Below are positions 33,342 to 42,393 of a stretch of DNA of 49,656 nucleotides, piece after piece. The position numbers and the translations under genes are program-made. Position 1 is the stretch's first letter, and each line of letters opens with the position of its first letter. Origin of the DNA: Acidobacteriaceae bacterium (GTDB taxonomy: Bacteria > Acidobacteriota > Terriglobia > Terriglobales > Acidobacteriaceae). Under the pieces are notes generated by a model that worked only from the letters and a program-made list of their open reading frames with translations, was not told the origin of the DNA and did not search any database. The stretch spans positions 37,457 to 87,112 of the forward strand of contig PLZN01000357.1 in assembly GCA_003152195.1 (NCBI GenBank), written 5' to 3'.

Positions 33342-34682
33342 CTAGAAAACTTGCAGGTACACGCGTCGTAGTTCAGAGTGTGCGGTGCCCAGCGGGCCGT
33401 TGCGCGCTTTGGCGACGATTAATTCGCCCTTGCCTGTCAGCGATGGGTCTTCGCGATTGTAGTATTCCTCGCGATGCACAAAGAGGACCATGTCCGCATC
33501 CTGCTCGATGGAGCCCGACTCGCGGAGGTCGGCGAGAATCGGCCGCCTGTCCGCTCGCTTATAAAGTTCGCGGTATCAATTGCGATAGCAGAATCACAGG
33601 CACGTCGAGACGCTTCTCCATTCCCTTCATCGCACGGCTGATTCCCGCAACCACTTGCTCGCGGTTTTCCATTCCCTTCCGCTCAGCCGCCATCAACCCC
33701 AGGTAGTCGACGACCACCAGATCCAGCCCGGCACTCGCTTGCAGCCGCGCTGCCTTGGCTTCGATCAACGCAGCGGTCTGGCCTGGTTGATCGTCGATGT
33801 ATAAAGGCGCATCGATGATCTCGGCCAGCGCGCGGAGATAGTATTGCTTCTGCACTTCACTCAGCTTTCCATGGCGATGCGCTTGCAGGTCCACCTGGCC
33901 TAGAGCGCAGCACATGCGGTCGATGAGCGCCTTGCTGGGCATCTCCAGGCTGAAAACGCCGTCGTCTTGCCCGACGTAGCAACATGCACGGAGATGTTGC
34001 CGGACACCGCGGTCTTTCCGATCGAAGGCCGCGCGCCCGGAATGGTCAAGTCCTTCGGCTGGAAGCCGGCTGTCAGGTGATCTAGACACCAGAAGCCGGA
34101 GGTAACGCCGGTCAGCCTCGCGCTCTGTTCAAAACTTTTGTCGATGCACGGATAATGACACTTCACATATTCGGCTACCGAGGCCAGGTCAGAGGTGATC
34201 GCTCTACCGGCAATCCAGCGGAAGGCAGACTCGACCTCGGCCAGCACCTCCTCAGCGGAGCCGGATTGGTCACCAGCCAGCGCGCCTACCCTGTCGCTCT
34301 CCGCGATGGTTTGCCGCAGGAGAGATTTGTCCTTCACGATGCAAACGTATTCTTCGATGGAGAGGCGTCGGGGCAGACCCTCGGTCAGGCTGGCGAGGTA
34401 GGCCACTCCGCCAATCGCGGGCAACTCCTTGTTACGCTGTAACTGCTCGGCCAAGGTCACAATGTCGACGCTCTTGCCATCGATCAGCAGCTCGCCCATG
34501 CGACTGAAGACGCGGCGATGCGAATCCAAGGAAAGGTCCGCGGCCTCGATGCGGCCTGCCACCTCCTGGTAATGGCCGTTGTTCAGCGGGATCGTGCCCA
34601 GGATCGCCGCCTCCGCGGCCACGCTGGCGGGCGGCGAGCTCACAGTCGCCGCCAGTCCCGCCCGCACTGCCGGGGATGACAT
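33342..34682 (-). pseudogene. dnaB: Replicative DNA helicase (DnaB family) disrupted by two 1-nt frameshifts
   Basis: The first piece (34682 to ~33945) carries AEAAILG…, the N-terminal domain and Walker A GARPSIGKTA. The second piece (~33945 to ~33577, shifted frame) reads VFSLEMPSKALIDRM…VVVDYLGLM…ILLSQL. The third piece (back in the first frame) reads [30 protein letters not shown]…[14 protein letters not shown]. The junctions lie at about 33940-33950 (run gttttc) and 33572-33580. Confidence 0.8.
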
Positions 34683-34990
34683 AAGGCCAACGCTGCCGCA
34701 GATTGCGATCGGCGCCACTCGGCAGTTTCCGGCGCATCGGGCGGCAGGAAGGTGACGATGTCCTTGGTAGCGTTGCTGTAGAGAAAAGTCATCTCCACGT
34801 CGGCATAATCGAGCACTACCACCGTGCGTGAGCTTGTAACTTTGCGCGCGTACTTTACATCCCCCGTCTGCACCCGGCGGATCAGCGTTTGCCGCACGTG
34901 CCTGCCCACTTCCAGACCGAAGCGCTGCTGAGCGCGGTCTTTCACAAGCCGCCGGCACGCGTGGGAGCGGACAGGCTGTTCGGGGCTCAT
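34640..34990 (-). CDS. Hypothetical protein (replication-module accessory)
   Basis: 116-aa ORF, ATGA-coupled to the upstream HTH gene. Its 3' end overlaps the dnaB start by ~40 nt. Confidence 0.4.
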   Translation of the reverse strand: MSPEQPVRSHACRRLVKDRAQQRFGLEVGRHVRQTLIRRVQTGDVKYARKVTSSRTVVVLDYADVEMTFLYSNATKDIVTFLPPDAPETAEWRRSQSAAALALCHPRQCGRDWRRL

Positions 34991-35250
34991 ATCCGGGCCG
35001 CTGGAATGCGGCTGCGCATACCCAGGGCCCTCATCCCTCCAGTGTATTTTCCCTGTGAGGCGATTTCATGGCGCTGTGCGGCTGCGTAGCGTTTGATCCC
35101 GCTCACCAGGACAGCCATCGCGTCGTCGCCAAGTTTTCGCGCCGCCAACCGGCGTGCGGCTTTTTCCGATATACCCCAGCGCTCTGCAATGTCTAGGACG
35201 GAATGGGCAGAGCGGGGACGGCCGCCGCCATGTCTCCGAAGAGGACTCAT
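34987..35250 (-). CDS. Small helix-turn-helix DNA-binding protein
   Basis: SVLDIAERWGISEKAARRLAARK looks like an HTH. 87 aa; first in a minus-strand string leading into dnaB. Confidence 0.5.
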   Translation of the reverse strand: MSPLRRHGGGRPRSAHSVLDIAERWGISEKAARRLAARKLGDDAMAVLVSGIKRYAAAQRHEIASQGKYTGGMRALGMRSRIPAARI

Positions 35251-35442
35251 AGCATCTCCGATTTCTTTGCGGGGGAGTAACCAAAGGCATAACGGAAGGG
35301 GTCAGCCGGGGAGGAGACGACCCTTCCAAACATAACTATTTCTGTAATAGTTACGACTTAACTGAGAGCAGTATCATTCACGAATCGGGAACACGCAACA
35401 ATCATAAGCACTATTCCAGATACGTCCTAAGTAATGGACTTT

Positions 35443-35691
35443 CTAAACTATTTCGCCACCTTTGTTAAGGTATCCTTTTGTGTTATCTAGTATGTAACGC
35501 TTATTTATGCGTTCATGATGTTGGAGCCAGCTGCCATCAGTGCGTGCGGTCTCATATGCGTCCCGCCCGATCCGGCTTGAGGCTACAGGAGTTAGACCAT
35601 TTCCCGTGTTAATGAGGCGGAGCCCATGCAGTCGTTGTTCGATGAAAACCTGCGATGAAAGCTGGTACCGCCTCCCTCCAACAGCAAACAT
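35443..35691 (-). CDS. Hypothetical protein in the AT-rich junction (doubtful)
   Basis: 82-aa ORF in the low-GC segment. No recognisable motif. Confidence 0.3.
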   Translation of the reverse strand: MFAVGGRRYQLSSQVFIEQRLHGLRLINTGNGLTPVASSRIGRDAYETARTDGSWLQHHERINKRYILDNTKGYLNKGGEIV

Positions 35692-35829
35692 TTCGTCCGA
35701 TTTTGCTCTCTGTGATCTGACACAACAGATGTGTCAGACAGGAGTAGTTGAGACTGGGCTTTTTGCATGCCGCGTAATAGTGCATTTCCACTGTTGCCGT
35801 GTGCAGCTTCTCTTAACGGAACAGCTGCG

Positions 35830-36552
35830 TCAACAAAGTGAGAAAAGCTCTGGATCATCGCAGTCCTCAGTGGGCGCTCCAGGCTCAAGCAACTGCGCGG
35901 TGTCGTTGCGGACGTTGCCCACCGCTCTTTCCACCTTCCAGGCGATCATCTGTTCGGCTGGAAAAGGCCGCAGCAGATCCAGCGGCGGCTGGGCCGGATC
36001 GCCGGCGCCAAGCCAGCGTTCATAATGCTTGCGCTCCAGAATGACCGGCATGCGATTGTGCAAAGGGGCAACGACCTGGTTGGCATCGATAGTGATAATG
36101 GAGAAGCTCTCCAGTGATTCGCGGGTCGACGGGTGCTTCCATCGGTCCCACAGCCCAGCGAAAGCGTACGGCTCGCGATTGCTGAGCGCGATGGCAAATG
36201 GTTGCTTGTGTTTGGCGTCCAGCTTCTGCCACTCATAAAATGCGTCCGCGGGTACGAGACAGCGGCGGCGCCTGAAGGCCTCACGAAAAGCAGGGGCGGT
36301 GGCCACGGTTTCAGCCTTGGCATTGATGGTGGAGTAGCCGATCTTCGTGTCCTTCGACCAGTAGGGAATCAAGCCCCAGCGCATGAGCACGATTTCGCGC
36401 ATTCCGGTGTGGCGGCTCAGGCGCACGACGGGTTGGAAGCTCTGCGGCGCGACGTTGTAACTAGGGCCCCACGCCACGGCTTCGTCATCCTCGACGCCAA
36501 ACCACGCCGCGATCTCTCTTCGGGTTGACTTACGAACGTAACGGCCGCACAC
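35830..36552 (-). CDS. SOS-response-associated peptidase (SRAP/YedK, abasic-site processing protein)
   Basis: (M)CGRYV… N-terminus, plus …YNVAP…MRWGLIPYW…INAKAETV…FREAFRRRRCLVPADAFYEW… and …MPVIL. The GTG at 36552 places the catalytic Cys at position 2. The longer ORF starting at 36621 would bury it. Confidence 0.85.
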   Translation of the reverse strand: MCGRYVRKSTRREIAAWFGVEDDEAVAWGPSYNVAPQSFQPVVRLSRHTGMREIVLMRWGLIPYWSKDTKIGYSTINAKAETVATAPAFREAFRRRRCLVPADAFYEWQKLDAKHKQPFAIALSNREPYAFAGLWDRWKHPSTRESLESFSIITIDANQVVAPLHNRMPVILERKHYERWLGAGDPAQPPLDLLRPFPAEQMIAWKVERAVGNVRNDTAQLLEPGAPTEDCDDPELFSLC

Positions 36553-36586
36553 ACCTTTCATGATAACAAGCGGCGGCGTGCAGCCT

Positions 36587-37387
36587 CTATCGGGGAAAGG
36601 CTTCGGCGAGGGAACGCCCAACCTCCGGCAGGGGGCCTTTGCTCAACAGCAACAGGCGAAGCGGATGGGCGTTCTTCTTCACTTCACGACACTCCAGAAA
36701 GCGGGTTGAAAACTGCTCGAGCCGGGGAAAGGAACGAAAGTTCTTGTTCAACGTGCAAACCAGCAAAGTGCGTTCATGGAACAAAGGCTCAAGGTCGTCC
36801 AGGTAGAATTCGAGCGACCAGTGAAAGCCGATACTGTAAAAGCCGTAGATCAGGTCATAGGGTCCGGGCAATGCCGCAAGTGGCAATTGTTCGGCATCGA
36901 AGATCTCATATTCCTCCACGCCGTTGTAATCCAGCATGGCGCGTAAGAGCGGGAGGTTGCCACAGAAGGAGGAAGTGTCCGGCCACCTGGGAGGGTGCTC
37001 ATAAAATTTCTGTTTGTATTTGGTACTGGTTCCGTTGGCGTCATACAGATTGATCTCGCTACCGGGCCAGAGTCCCTTCTTGGTGAAGAAGACAACGGAT
37101 CGGCCAAAGCCGGGACCAATCTCAAGAACGCGCTTCGGCTTATCGACTTTTTCAAACAGCGGCAGCAGGGCTTCGTACTCCGCTTCCGCGGCGGCGTTAC
37201 TTTCTCTCTGCCAGAGCCCTCGGGAGGCTTCGTCGGCCTTTAGCGGCAGGCGTGTCGAAATGAGACGAATCGCCTCAACGACCTCTTCGGTAAACGGCGG
37301 CGCGAGAAAGAGCTGCTCCGCTGAGGAGGCCTTGGCATCAAGAATGGACCTGCCACGAAGCCGGTTGAGTGAAGCCTTCAGGAACAA
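36587..37387 (-). CDS. Class I SAM-dependent methyltransferase
   Basis: VLEIGPGFGRS matches motif I (E/DxGxGxG), followed by an acidic loop (NLYDANG). 266 aa. The stop lies 35 nt upstream of the SRAP start. Confidence 0.65.
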   Translation of the reverse strand: MFLKASLNRLRGRSILDAKASSAEQLFLAPPFTEEVVEAIRLISTRLPLKADEASRGLWQRESNAAAEAEYEALLPLFEKVDKPKRVLEIGPGFGRSVVFFTKKGLWPGSEINLYDANGTSTKYKQKFYEHPPRWPDTSSFCGNLPLLRAMLDYNGVEEYEIFDAEQLPLAALPGPYDLIYGFYSIGFHWSLEFYLDDLEPLFHERTLLVCTLNKNFRSFPRLEQFSTRFLECREVKKNAHPLRLLLLSKGPLPEVGRSLAEAFPR

Positions 37388-37602
37388 ACGGGTACCTTCC
37401 TTAGCAGACTGATTAGAGGGAGCGTCCCACCTCCGGTCTCCTCGAGCGGGAGCTATAACTTTTGCATCGGTTACGCTTCCAGTTTCACTTAGGGACGCGG
37501 TTATCCGTTTTATAACCTTCCGGTTGGGGGCCCGAGGTATCTCAGATGGATCTAGTTTGATATTCTAGGTGTGACGACTTTTTTGCGTCTGGAGAATACC
37601 CA

Positions 37603-37839
37603 TTGAACACTAAAGAGATCTTAGAACACATCAACGGTGAAATTTCACGGCTGCAGCAGGTGAAAGCTTTGTTGCAAGGTACCACAAATGGTCACACCCG
37701 GAGTGCTTCTGCTCCCTCAGTCAATGGTGCAGCGGCGCCGAAGGTCAAAGGCAGGCGCGTGCTGAGCCCGGAAGCTCGTAAGAAGATCGCTGCTGCGCAG
37801 CGGAAGCGCTGGGCGAACGCAAGAAAGGCTCAGGCCTAA
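37603..37839 (+). CDS. Small protein with basic C-terminal tail
   Basis: TTG start, 78 aa, ending …RVLSPEARKKIAAAQRKRWANARKAQA. No ATG alternative exists. Confidence 0.4.
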   Translation: MNTKEILEHINGEISRLQQVKALLQGTTNGHTRSASAPSVNGAAAPKVKGRRVLSPEARKKIAAAQRKRWANARKAQA

Positions 37840-37929
37840 CGCACTTTCGCCTTTGGTGTCAGTGCGAGAACCGAACTTGGCGCAATGTGCGGAGCCCTTG
37901 AGTGCCGGCTCCGCAAAGCTCCCCAACTA

Positions 37930-37977
37930 CCGGATTTCCTAGATGCACTCGGTGCAGCATAGCAATAGGAAATCCGG
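37930..37977. repeat. Short copy of the ccggatttcct/aggaaatccgg palindromic element
   Basis: ccggatttcct (37930-37940) and aggaaatccgg (37967-37977) enclose the hairpin tgcac-tcg-gtgca. The termini match those of the ~107-nt elements at 7034 and 46041. Confidence 0.65.
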
Positions 37978-38191
37978 AGCGGTTCTTGCAGTTACTGTGA
38001 AACCGCTCGAAACCCCTCCGCCGTCGATGACGTGACTTCTGACCGGTCATCACGTTGTTGTCATCGGCAGGTAAAAAAGGCCAGGTGGCTTACTCGTCCA
38101 GCTTCAACATTCGCTTGAGTGACTGGCTGGCGGGAGCCTCTCCTTCCTATTCCTGGGTGAGCTAGAACCCTATCTCCCGTCAAACCCTGTC

Positions 38192-38944
38192 TCAGGTGTT
38201 CCAACCGCCGTCGATGACGTGCGTCTGGCCGGTGGTGAAGCTTGACTCATCCGATGCGAGATACACCGCCAACGCGGCAATCTCTTCCGGGCGGCCTAGC
38301 CGTCCCATAGGTTGGCGCGCGATAAACTCTCGGCGCACCTGTTCCTCGTCGCCCTGCGCGGCAATTCGCGCATCGAGCGAAGGCGACTGTACGGTTCCCG
38401 GACAAATGGCATTGCAGCGGATACCATGGCGCACAAAGTCGATGGCAATTGCCTTCGTCAATCCAACCACGGCGGCCTTGGAGCTGGTGTAGACAAAGCG
38501 GTTCGGTACGCCTCTGACGCTTGACGCGATAGAAGCCATGTTGACGATACTTCCCCGGCCGGCGCGTACCATGCCGGGCAGAAAGGCGCGACAGGTGCGA
38601 TACATAGACCGGACATTCAGGTCGAAGGAAAATTCCCAATCCTCTTCGCTGCAGTCGAGTATGGTCCCGTGATGCACGAACCCGGCGCAGTTGAATAAAA
38701 TGTCAAGCTCCGCGAGCTGGCCGGCGAGCTGCTCAATTTCCTTCAGATTGCGCACATCGAGTTCGCGGCATACGATCTGTGGCTGTTCCTTGCCAAGAGA
38801 TTGCAGCGCAGCCTGGTTGATATCCGTTGCCCACACGGTGGCGCCTTCCTGGGCATAGGCGATCGCCGTGGCCCGTCCGATTCCCTGTCCCGCGGCTGTA
38901 ACTACAGCGGTCTTCCCCGCCAATCTTCCACTCATCCGATTCAC
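38192..38944 (-). CDS. Short-chain dehydrogenase/reductase (SDR) family oxidoreductase
   Basis: TAAGQGIG cofactor loop, NCAG, the YxxxK region (YTSSKAAV), and a C-terminal …TGQTHVIDGGWNT. Confidence 0.85.
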   Translation of the reverse strand: MNRMSGRLAGKTAVVTAAGQGIGRATAIAYAQEGATVWATDINQAALQSLGKEQPQIVCRELDVRNLKEIEQLAGQLAELDILFNCAGFVHHGTILDCSEEDWEFSFDLNVRSMYRTCRAFLPGMVRAGRGSIVNMASIASSVRGVPNRFVYTSSKAAVVGLTKAIAIDFVRHGIRCNAICPGTVQSPSLDARIAAQGDEEQVRREFIARQPMGRLGRPEEIAALAVYLASDESSFTTGQTHVIDGGWNT

Positions 38945-39028
38945 CCTTGAAGTGTTTTCATTTTAGGCTGCTAAGAAATGCGGCGATGAGCCAGCAAGAC
39001 CATCACGCAAAAACGTTCTACTCACAAA

Positions 39029-40009
39029 CTACTCCCCTTTTCCTTCGAGCCCCATTGCCACACAGAGCGCAGCAACATCGCCGATCTGCTCCCCCAGGGC
39101 GGCGGGAACAATCTCACAGGCCCGCAACGACTGCGGCAAAGACTCGCGTTCGATCACTCTGCGCATGGGCGCAAGCAATGACTCGCCCAGGCGCATGGCC
39201 AAGCCTCCGAGCACAATGCGCTGCGGATTCAGCACGTCGATCAGCATGGCAATCGCCTGGCCGAGCCGCGCGCCAGAGCTGCGCAGGATCCTCAGCGCGA
39301 CCGCATCTCCAGACTGCGCGGCATGGCCAACATCGCGCGCGGTCAAAACCCCGCCCCTGGCCAACTGCGTCTGCAACATGCTCGAACGGCCGCGCCTTTC
39401 CGCTTGCGCCAGCATACGCACGGCGAGCTGCGCAATGCCGCCGCCGCTGGCCCAGCCCTCGATCGAGCCCGCCTTGTGGTAACCGACCGGCCCGGTCGGG
39501 CTAAGCCGCACGTGGCCTATCTCACCCGCGTCGCCTTTGGCCCCCAGGTATAAGCTGCCGGCGGCGATAATGCCGGCGCCCAAACCCGTTCCCAGGGTGA
39601 GAAAGACCATGTGGTCGGTGCCCATGCCCGCACCGAATCGATGTTCCGCCACAGCACCCGCGTTGGCGTCATTTTCCACCCGGCAGGTGGTGTGGAAAGC
39701 CTCTTCGAGCAGCCGCCGGATAGGTACATCCACCCAGGTGGAGAGGTTGGGTGGCGCATGAATGATTCCCTTCACCCGATCAAGCGGACTGCCACAGCTT
39801 ACCCCGATAGCCGCGATCTGCTCCCCGCCGAAGCCCTGCTGCGCCAGCAGGCTGCGCACCGATTGCATGATGCGATCGAGAGCCGGCTCCGGCCCGTGCT
39901 CCGGCTGCGTAGCGAACTCTACGCGTCCCAGGCTGGCCGGGGGGCGGGCAGAAAGTACGACTGCGGTCTTGGTACCGCCCACATCGACGCCGATATAGAC
40001 CTTTCGCAT
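39029..40009 (-). CDS. ROK family sugar kinase
   Basis: IGVDVGGTKTAV phosphate-1 loop, …LTLGTGLGAGII…, …GHVRL… and a sugar-kinase fold pattern. 326 aa; upstream of the SDR on the same strand. Confidence 0.85.
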   Translation of the reverse strand: MRKVYIGVDVGGTKTAVVLSARPPASLGRVEFATQPEHGPEPALDRIMQSVRSLLAQQGFGGEQIAAIGVSCGSPLDRVKGIIHAPPNLSTWVDVPIRRLLEEAFHTTCRVENDANAGAVAEHRFGAGMGTDHMVFLTLGTGLGAGIIAAGSLYLGAKGDAGEIGHVRLSPTGPVGYHKAGSIEGWASGGGIAQLAVRMLAQAERRGRSSMLQTQLARGGVLTARDVGHAAQSGDAVALRILRSSGARLGQAIAMLIDVLNPQRIVLGGLAMRLGESLLAPMRRVIERESLPQSLRACEIVPAALGEQIGDVAALCVAMGLEGKGE

Positions 40010-40321
40010 GGCAGCTGATGTTCCTCAACCTCGGAGCAAATCCCCTACTGTTATGTACGAGTCCACGGTGATCACCTGCCGCCAGGCGATGGAGAATGTT
40101 TCTCAATAAGCTTAGAATCGTTGTGGGCCTTCGGCCGTCTTCTTCGGCCTACGTACGCTGGTGAAGGTCTGGGGAAATCTTGCTCGGGAATTTCCTCCGT
40201 GCCAACGGACGACCGGGTGCGAACATGGGTCACCTATTCCGTTCTCAGACTTGATGTTGTGGGGATGTGCATTGAGAACGCCAGGCGCGACGCCGATGCG
40301 TGGAGCAAGTATCCCAGTCCC

Positions 40322-40714
40322 CTACTGCGCCTTGATTTTTTCGCTGACCCTCTTAGCCAGCTTGCCGATCTCCTCCGCCTCTTTGATGACGGCCACCGGC
40401 GACGGGTCGTGCTCTCGTTTGTCCACTTCGGCGTTCAAGTCGGTCGCCAACTGCAGCAACCTGGCGGTGTCGGAGAGCACCTGCTGCTGCCGCTGCTCCA
40501 GAAGCCGCTTTTCCTGCCTTTTCTGCATTTCCCTCGTCATGATGGACTGTTCTTCGTCCCGCGGGCGCTGGCGACCCAACTGCCCTAGGGGTTCCCCGGA
40601 AGGAAGCCCGGAAACCCCATACTGCATCGGCGCCATCCCCAGGCCCGCAACCGCCAGGCTGCCAACCACGGCCACTAGCCCCACCCGCACCCACCTCTGT
40701 AATAGGCTGCTCAC
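40322..40714 (-). CDS. Secreted/anchored coiled-coil protein, paralogue 1
   Basis: N-terminal hydrophobic segment VGLVAVVGSLAVAGLG. The C-terminal ~55 aa are paralogous to the next gene (…DTA+LL+L…+L..EVDK…+IAV.K.A+EI.KLAK…). Confidence 0.55.
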   Translation of the reverse strand: MSSLLQRWVRVGLVAVVGSLAVAGLGMAPMQYGVSGLPSGEPLGQLGRQRPRDEEQSIMTREMQKRQEKRLLEQRQQQVLSDTARLLQLATDLNAEVDKREHDPSPVAVIKEAEEIGKLAKRVSEKIKAQ

Positions 40715-40749
40715 TCCACCCTCACATCTTCTGTGCTGGAAACCGCCGA

Positions 40750-41340
40750 TCAGGGCTTGTTTCCAGGCTCTTGCTCCCGTTCTCTCATCCTCTCCTTGAG
40801 GTTTTTTGCCAGCTTTTGAATCTCATCGGCCTTGCGGACGGCTATCAGCGATAACGTGTCGGTTCCGGCTTTGTCCACTTCGACCTTCAACTCCTGCACC
40901 AAATGCAGTAATTGCGCCGTATCTTTCTCCAGTTGCTGCTGGTCCGGAGTTGCAGCGGGTAAGGCCAGCGCGGGCTGCTTGGCTTGCGCGGGCTCTGTGG
41001 CTTGGGCATTCCCAGCTTGTTCGGGCGTCGGGGACGGAGCGGGGTGCCCGGCCTGCACTGGCTCGTGGGCGGGTTCATCCGCGTCTTTTTTCGGGGCATT
41101 TTTCTGCTCAGGGGCTGGGGCATCCCCAGCTTGCCCAGGAGTTGCAGCCGGCGGGGTCTGTCCGGCCTGCACCGGCTCATCGGTTGGTTCACCCCAGTCT
41201 CGGTCATCTCCGGCTTTCGCCGGCGCCGCAGATTGGGTACTCCCTGCCTGCGATGGACCGGAAGCGCCGCCGGCGGTCGAGACCAGTCCCGCGCCTAGAC
41301 CCAGCATTGCCGCAACCCACCACAGGGTTCCCCGCATCAT
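40750..41340 (-). CDS. Secreted/anchored Pro/Ala-rich coiled-coil protein, paralogue 2
   Basis: N-terminal WWVAAMLGLGAGLV segment. The middle holds repeated HEPVQAG/TPxQAG motifs. The C-terminal helix pair is shared with ORF 40322-40714. Confidence 0.6.
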   Translation of the reverse strand: MMRGTLWWVAAMLGLGAGLVSTAGGASGPSQAGSTQSAAPAKAGDDRDWGEPTDEPVQAGQTPPAATPGQAGDAPAPEQKNAPKKDADEPAHEPVQAGHPAPSPTPEQAGNAQATEPAQAKQPALALPAATPDQQQLEKDTAQLLHLVQELKVEVDKAGTDTLSLIAVRKADEIQKLAKNLKERMREREQEPGNKP

Positions 41341-41379
41341 AGGGTGTCAGTGTACTCCACCATTTTCCCTCACGTCTTG

Positions 41380-42381
41380 ATGGCTTTTGCCATCCTTCGC
41401 TGGCGCCAGCCTGTGCCTTCGTTTCTTCGCGGTCTTGACCAGGAATGGCTATCCGACGTGCAGGAGTTCCTCCACACAGGGCTCCCGAAACTGATATTTA
41501 TCGCGCTCTATGCCTGGGCGCTGATCCTGCTGGTCAACTTCATTACCACCCGGGTCATCAAGGTCGCCGAGCGCCGGGACACCCTGGGACACGCCAGCGG
41601 CGCGCAGGTACGTACGCTGGCCACGGTCATCCGCGCCACCGGCATCGTCATCGTCGCCTTCCTGGCCTTCCTGCAGATCATGGAGAATGTTCTCCACTTC
41701 AACCTGGGGCCGTTCCTGGCCAGCGCGGGTGTCGCGGGCGTGGCTATCGGACTGGCCGCGCAGACCATCGTGAAAGACGTGCTGAACGGCATCCTGATCC
41801 TGATTGAAGACCAGTACAACGTGGGCGACGTCGTCACCCTGGCGGGGATGACCGGCACGGTGGAAACCATGACCCTGCGCAAGACCACGGTCCGGGGCTT
41901 TGACGGCACGCTCTACATTATTCCCAACAGTCAGGTCACCAATGTGGCCAACCAGACCCGCGGCTTCTCGGTCTCCACGCTGAACGTCTCGGTCGACTTC
42001 TCCGCCAATCCTGACCAGGTGATCCCGTTGTTGAAGAAGATTGCGCTGGAGGTGCGCAACGAGCCCGCCTTCAAAGATATTTTTCTCTCCGATCCACAGG
42101 TGTTCGGCGTGGATTCCATCAAAGGCACCGAGGTCATCTACCCCATCCAGATCAGGACGCTGGCGCGCAAGCAATTCGACGCCATGCGGGAGATGCAGCG
42201 GCGCATCCGCCTGGCGCTGGAGGAGTACAACCTGCTGCCGGGCAGCCCCTACCGTGTGCTCAGCGGCCCCACGCAATCCACAACGCAATCCGCCTCAACG
42301 GCGCGTGAGGCCGAGGCGGCAAAAGCCCCCGACCCTACCATGGCCAAGCCCAACGAGACCAATCCTTTTACCGCGGAGTAA
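41380..42381 (+). CDS. Small-conductance mechanosensitive channel (MscS family)
   Basis: TM helices are followed by GVAIGLAAQTIVKDVLNGILILIEDQYNVGDVVTLAGMTGTVETMTLRKTTVRGFDGTLYIIPNS, the MS_channel signature. ATG 41380 is preferred. GTG 41344 would leave only 3 nt between it and the divergent gene. Confidence 0.8.
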   Translation: MAFAILRWRQPVPSFLRGLDQEWLSDVQEFLHTGLPKLIFIALYAWALILLVNFITTRVIKVAERRDTLGHASGAQVRTLATVIRATGIVIVAFLAFLQIMENVLHFNLGPFLASAGVAGVAIGLAAQTIVKDVLNGILILIEDQYNVGDVVTLAGMTGTVETMTLRKTTVRGFDGTLYIIPNSQVTNVANQTRGFSVSTLNVSVDFSANPDQVIPLLKKIALEVRNEPAFKDIFLSDPQVFGVDSIKGTEVIYPIQIRTLARKQFDAMREMQRRIRLALEEYNLLPGSPYRVLSGPTQSTTQSASTAREAEAAKAPDPTMAKPNETNPFTAE

Positions 42382-42393
42382 CGGTCAATATTT

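Larger units (their letters stand above)
1..35300. mobile_element. Prophage / phage-derived region (open at left window edge; right limit approximate)
   Basis: Co-directional + strand block holding portal-like, scaffold-like and capsid-like genes, large virion proteins, a muramidase, TerS-like and TerL, followed by a minus-strand HTH/DnaB remnant. No integrase, tRNA or att repeat was seen. Borders are inferred from gene content and the GC drop at 35.3-35.8 kb. Confidence 0.7.

Noticed and set aside
33342-34682. Programmed ribosomal frameshifting or an intein as an explanation for the split DnaB.
   Set aside because: No slippery heptamer with a downstream structure appears at either junction. 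No intein blocks or extra sequence are present. The three pieces abut without any insertion, so the pattern fits simple 1-nt indels, either real or sequencing-derived.
38947-39504. A 185-aa + strand ORF, and other + strand ORFs over the ROK and SDR genes.
   Set aside because: Their composition is Arg/Ala/Pro-rich and they are antisense to well-supported ROK kinase and SDR genes.
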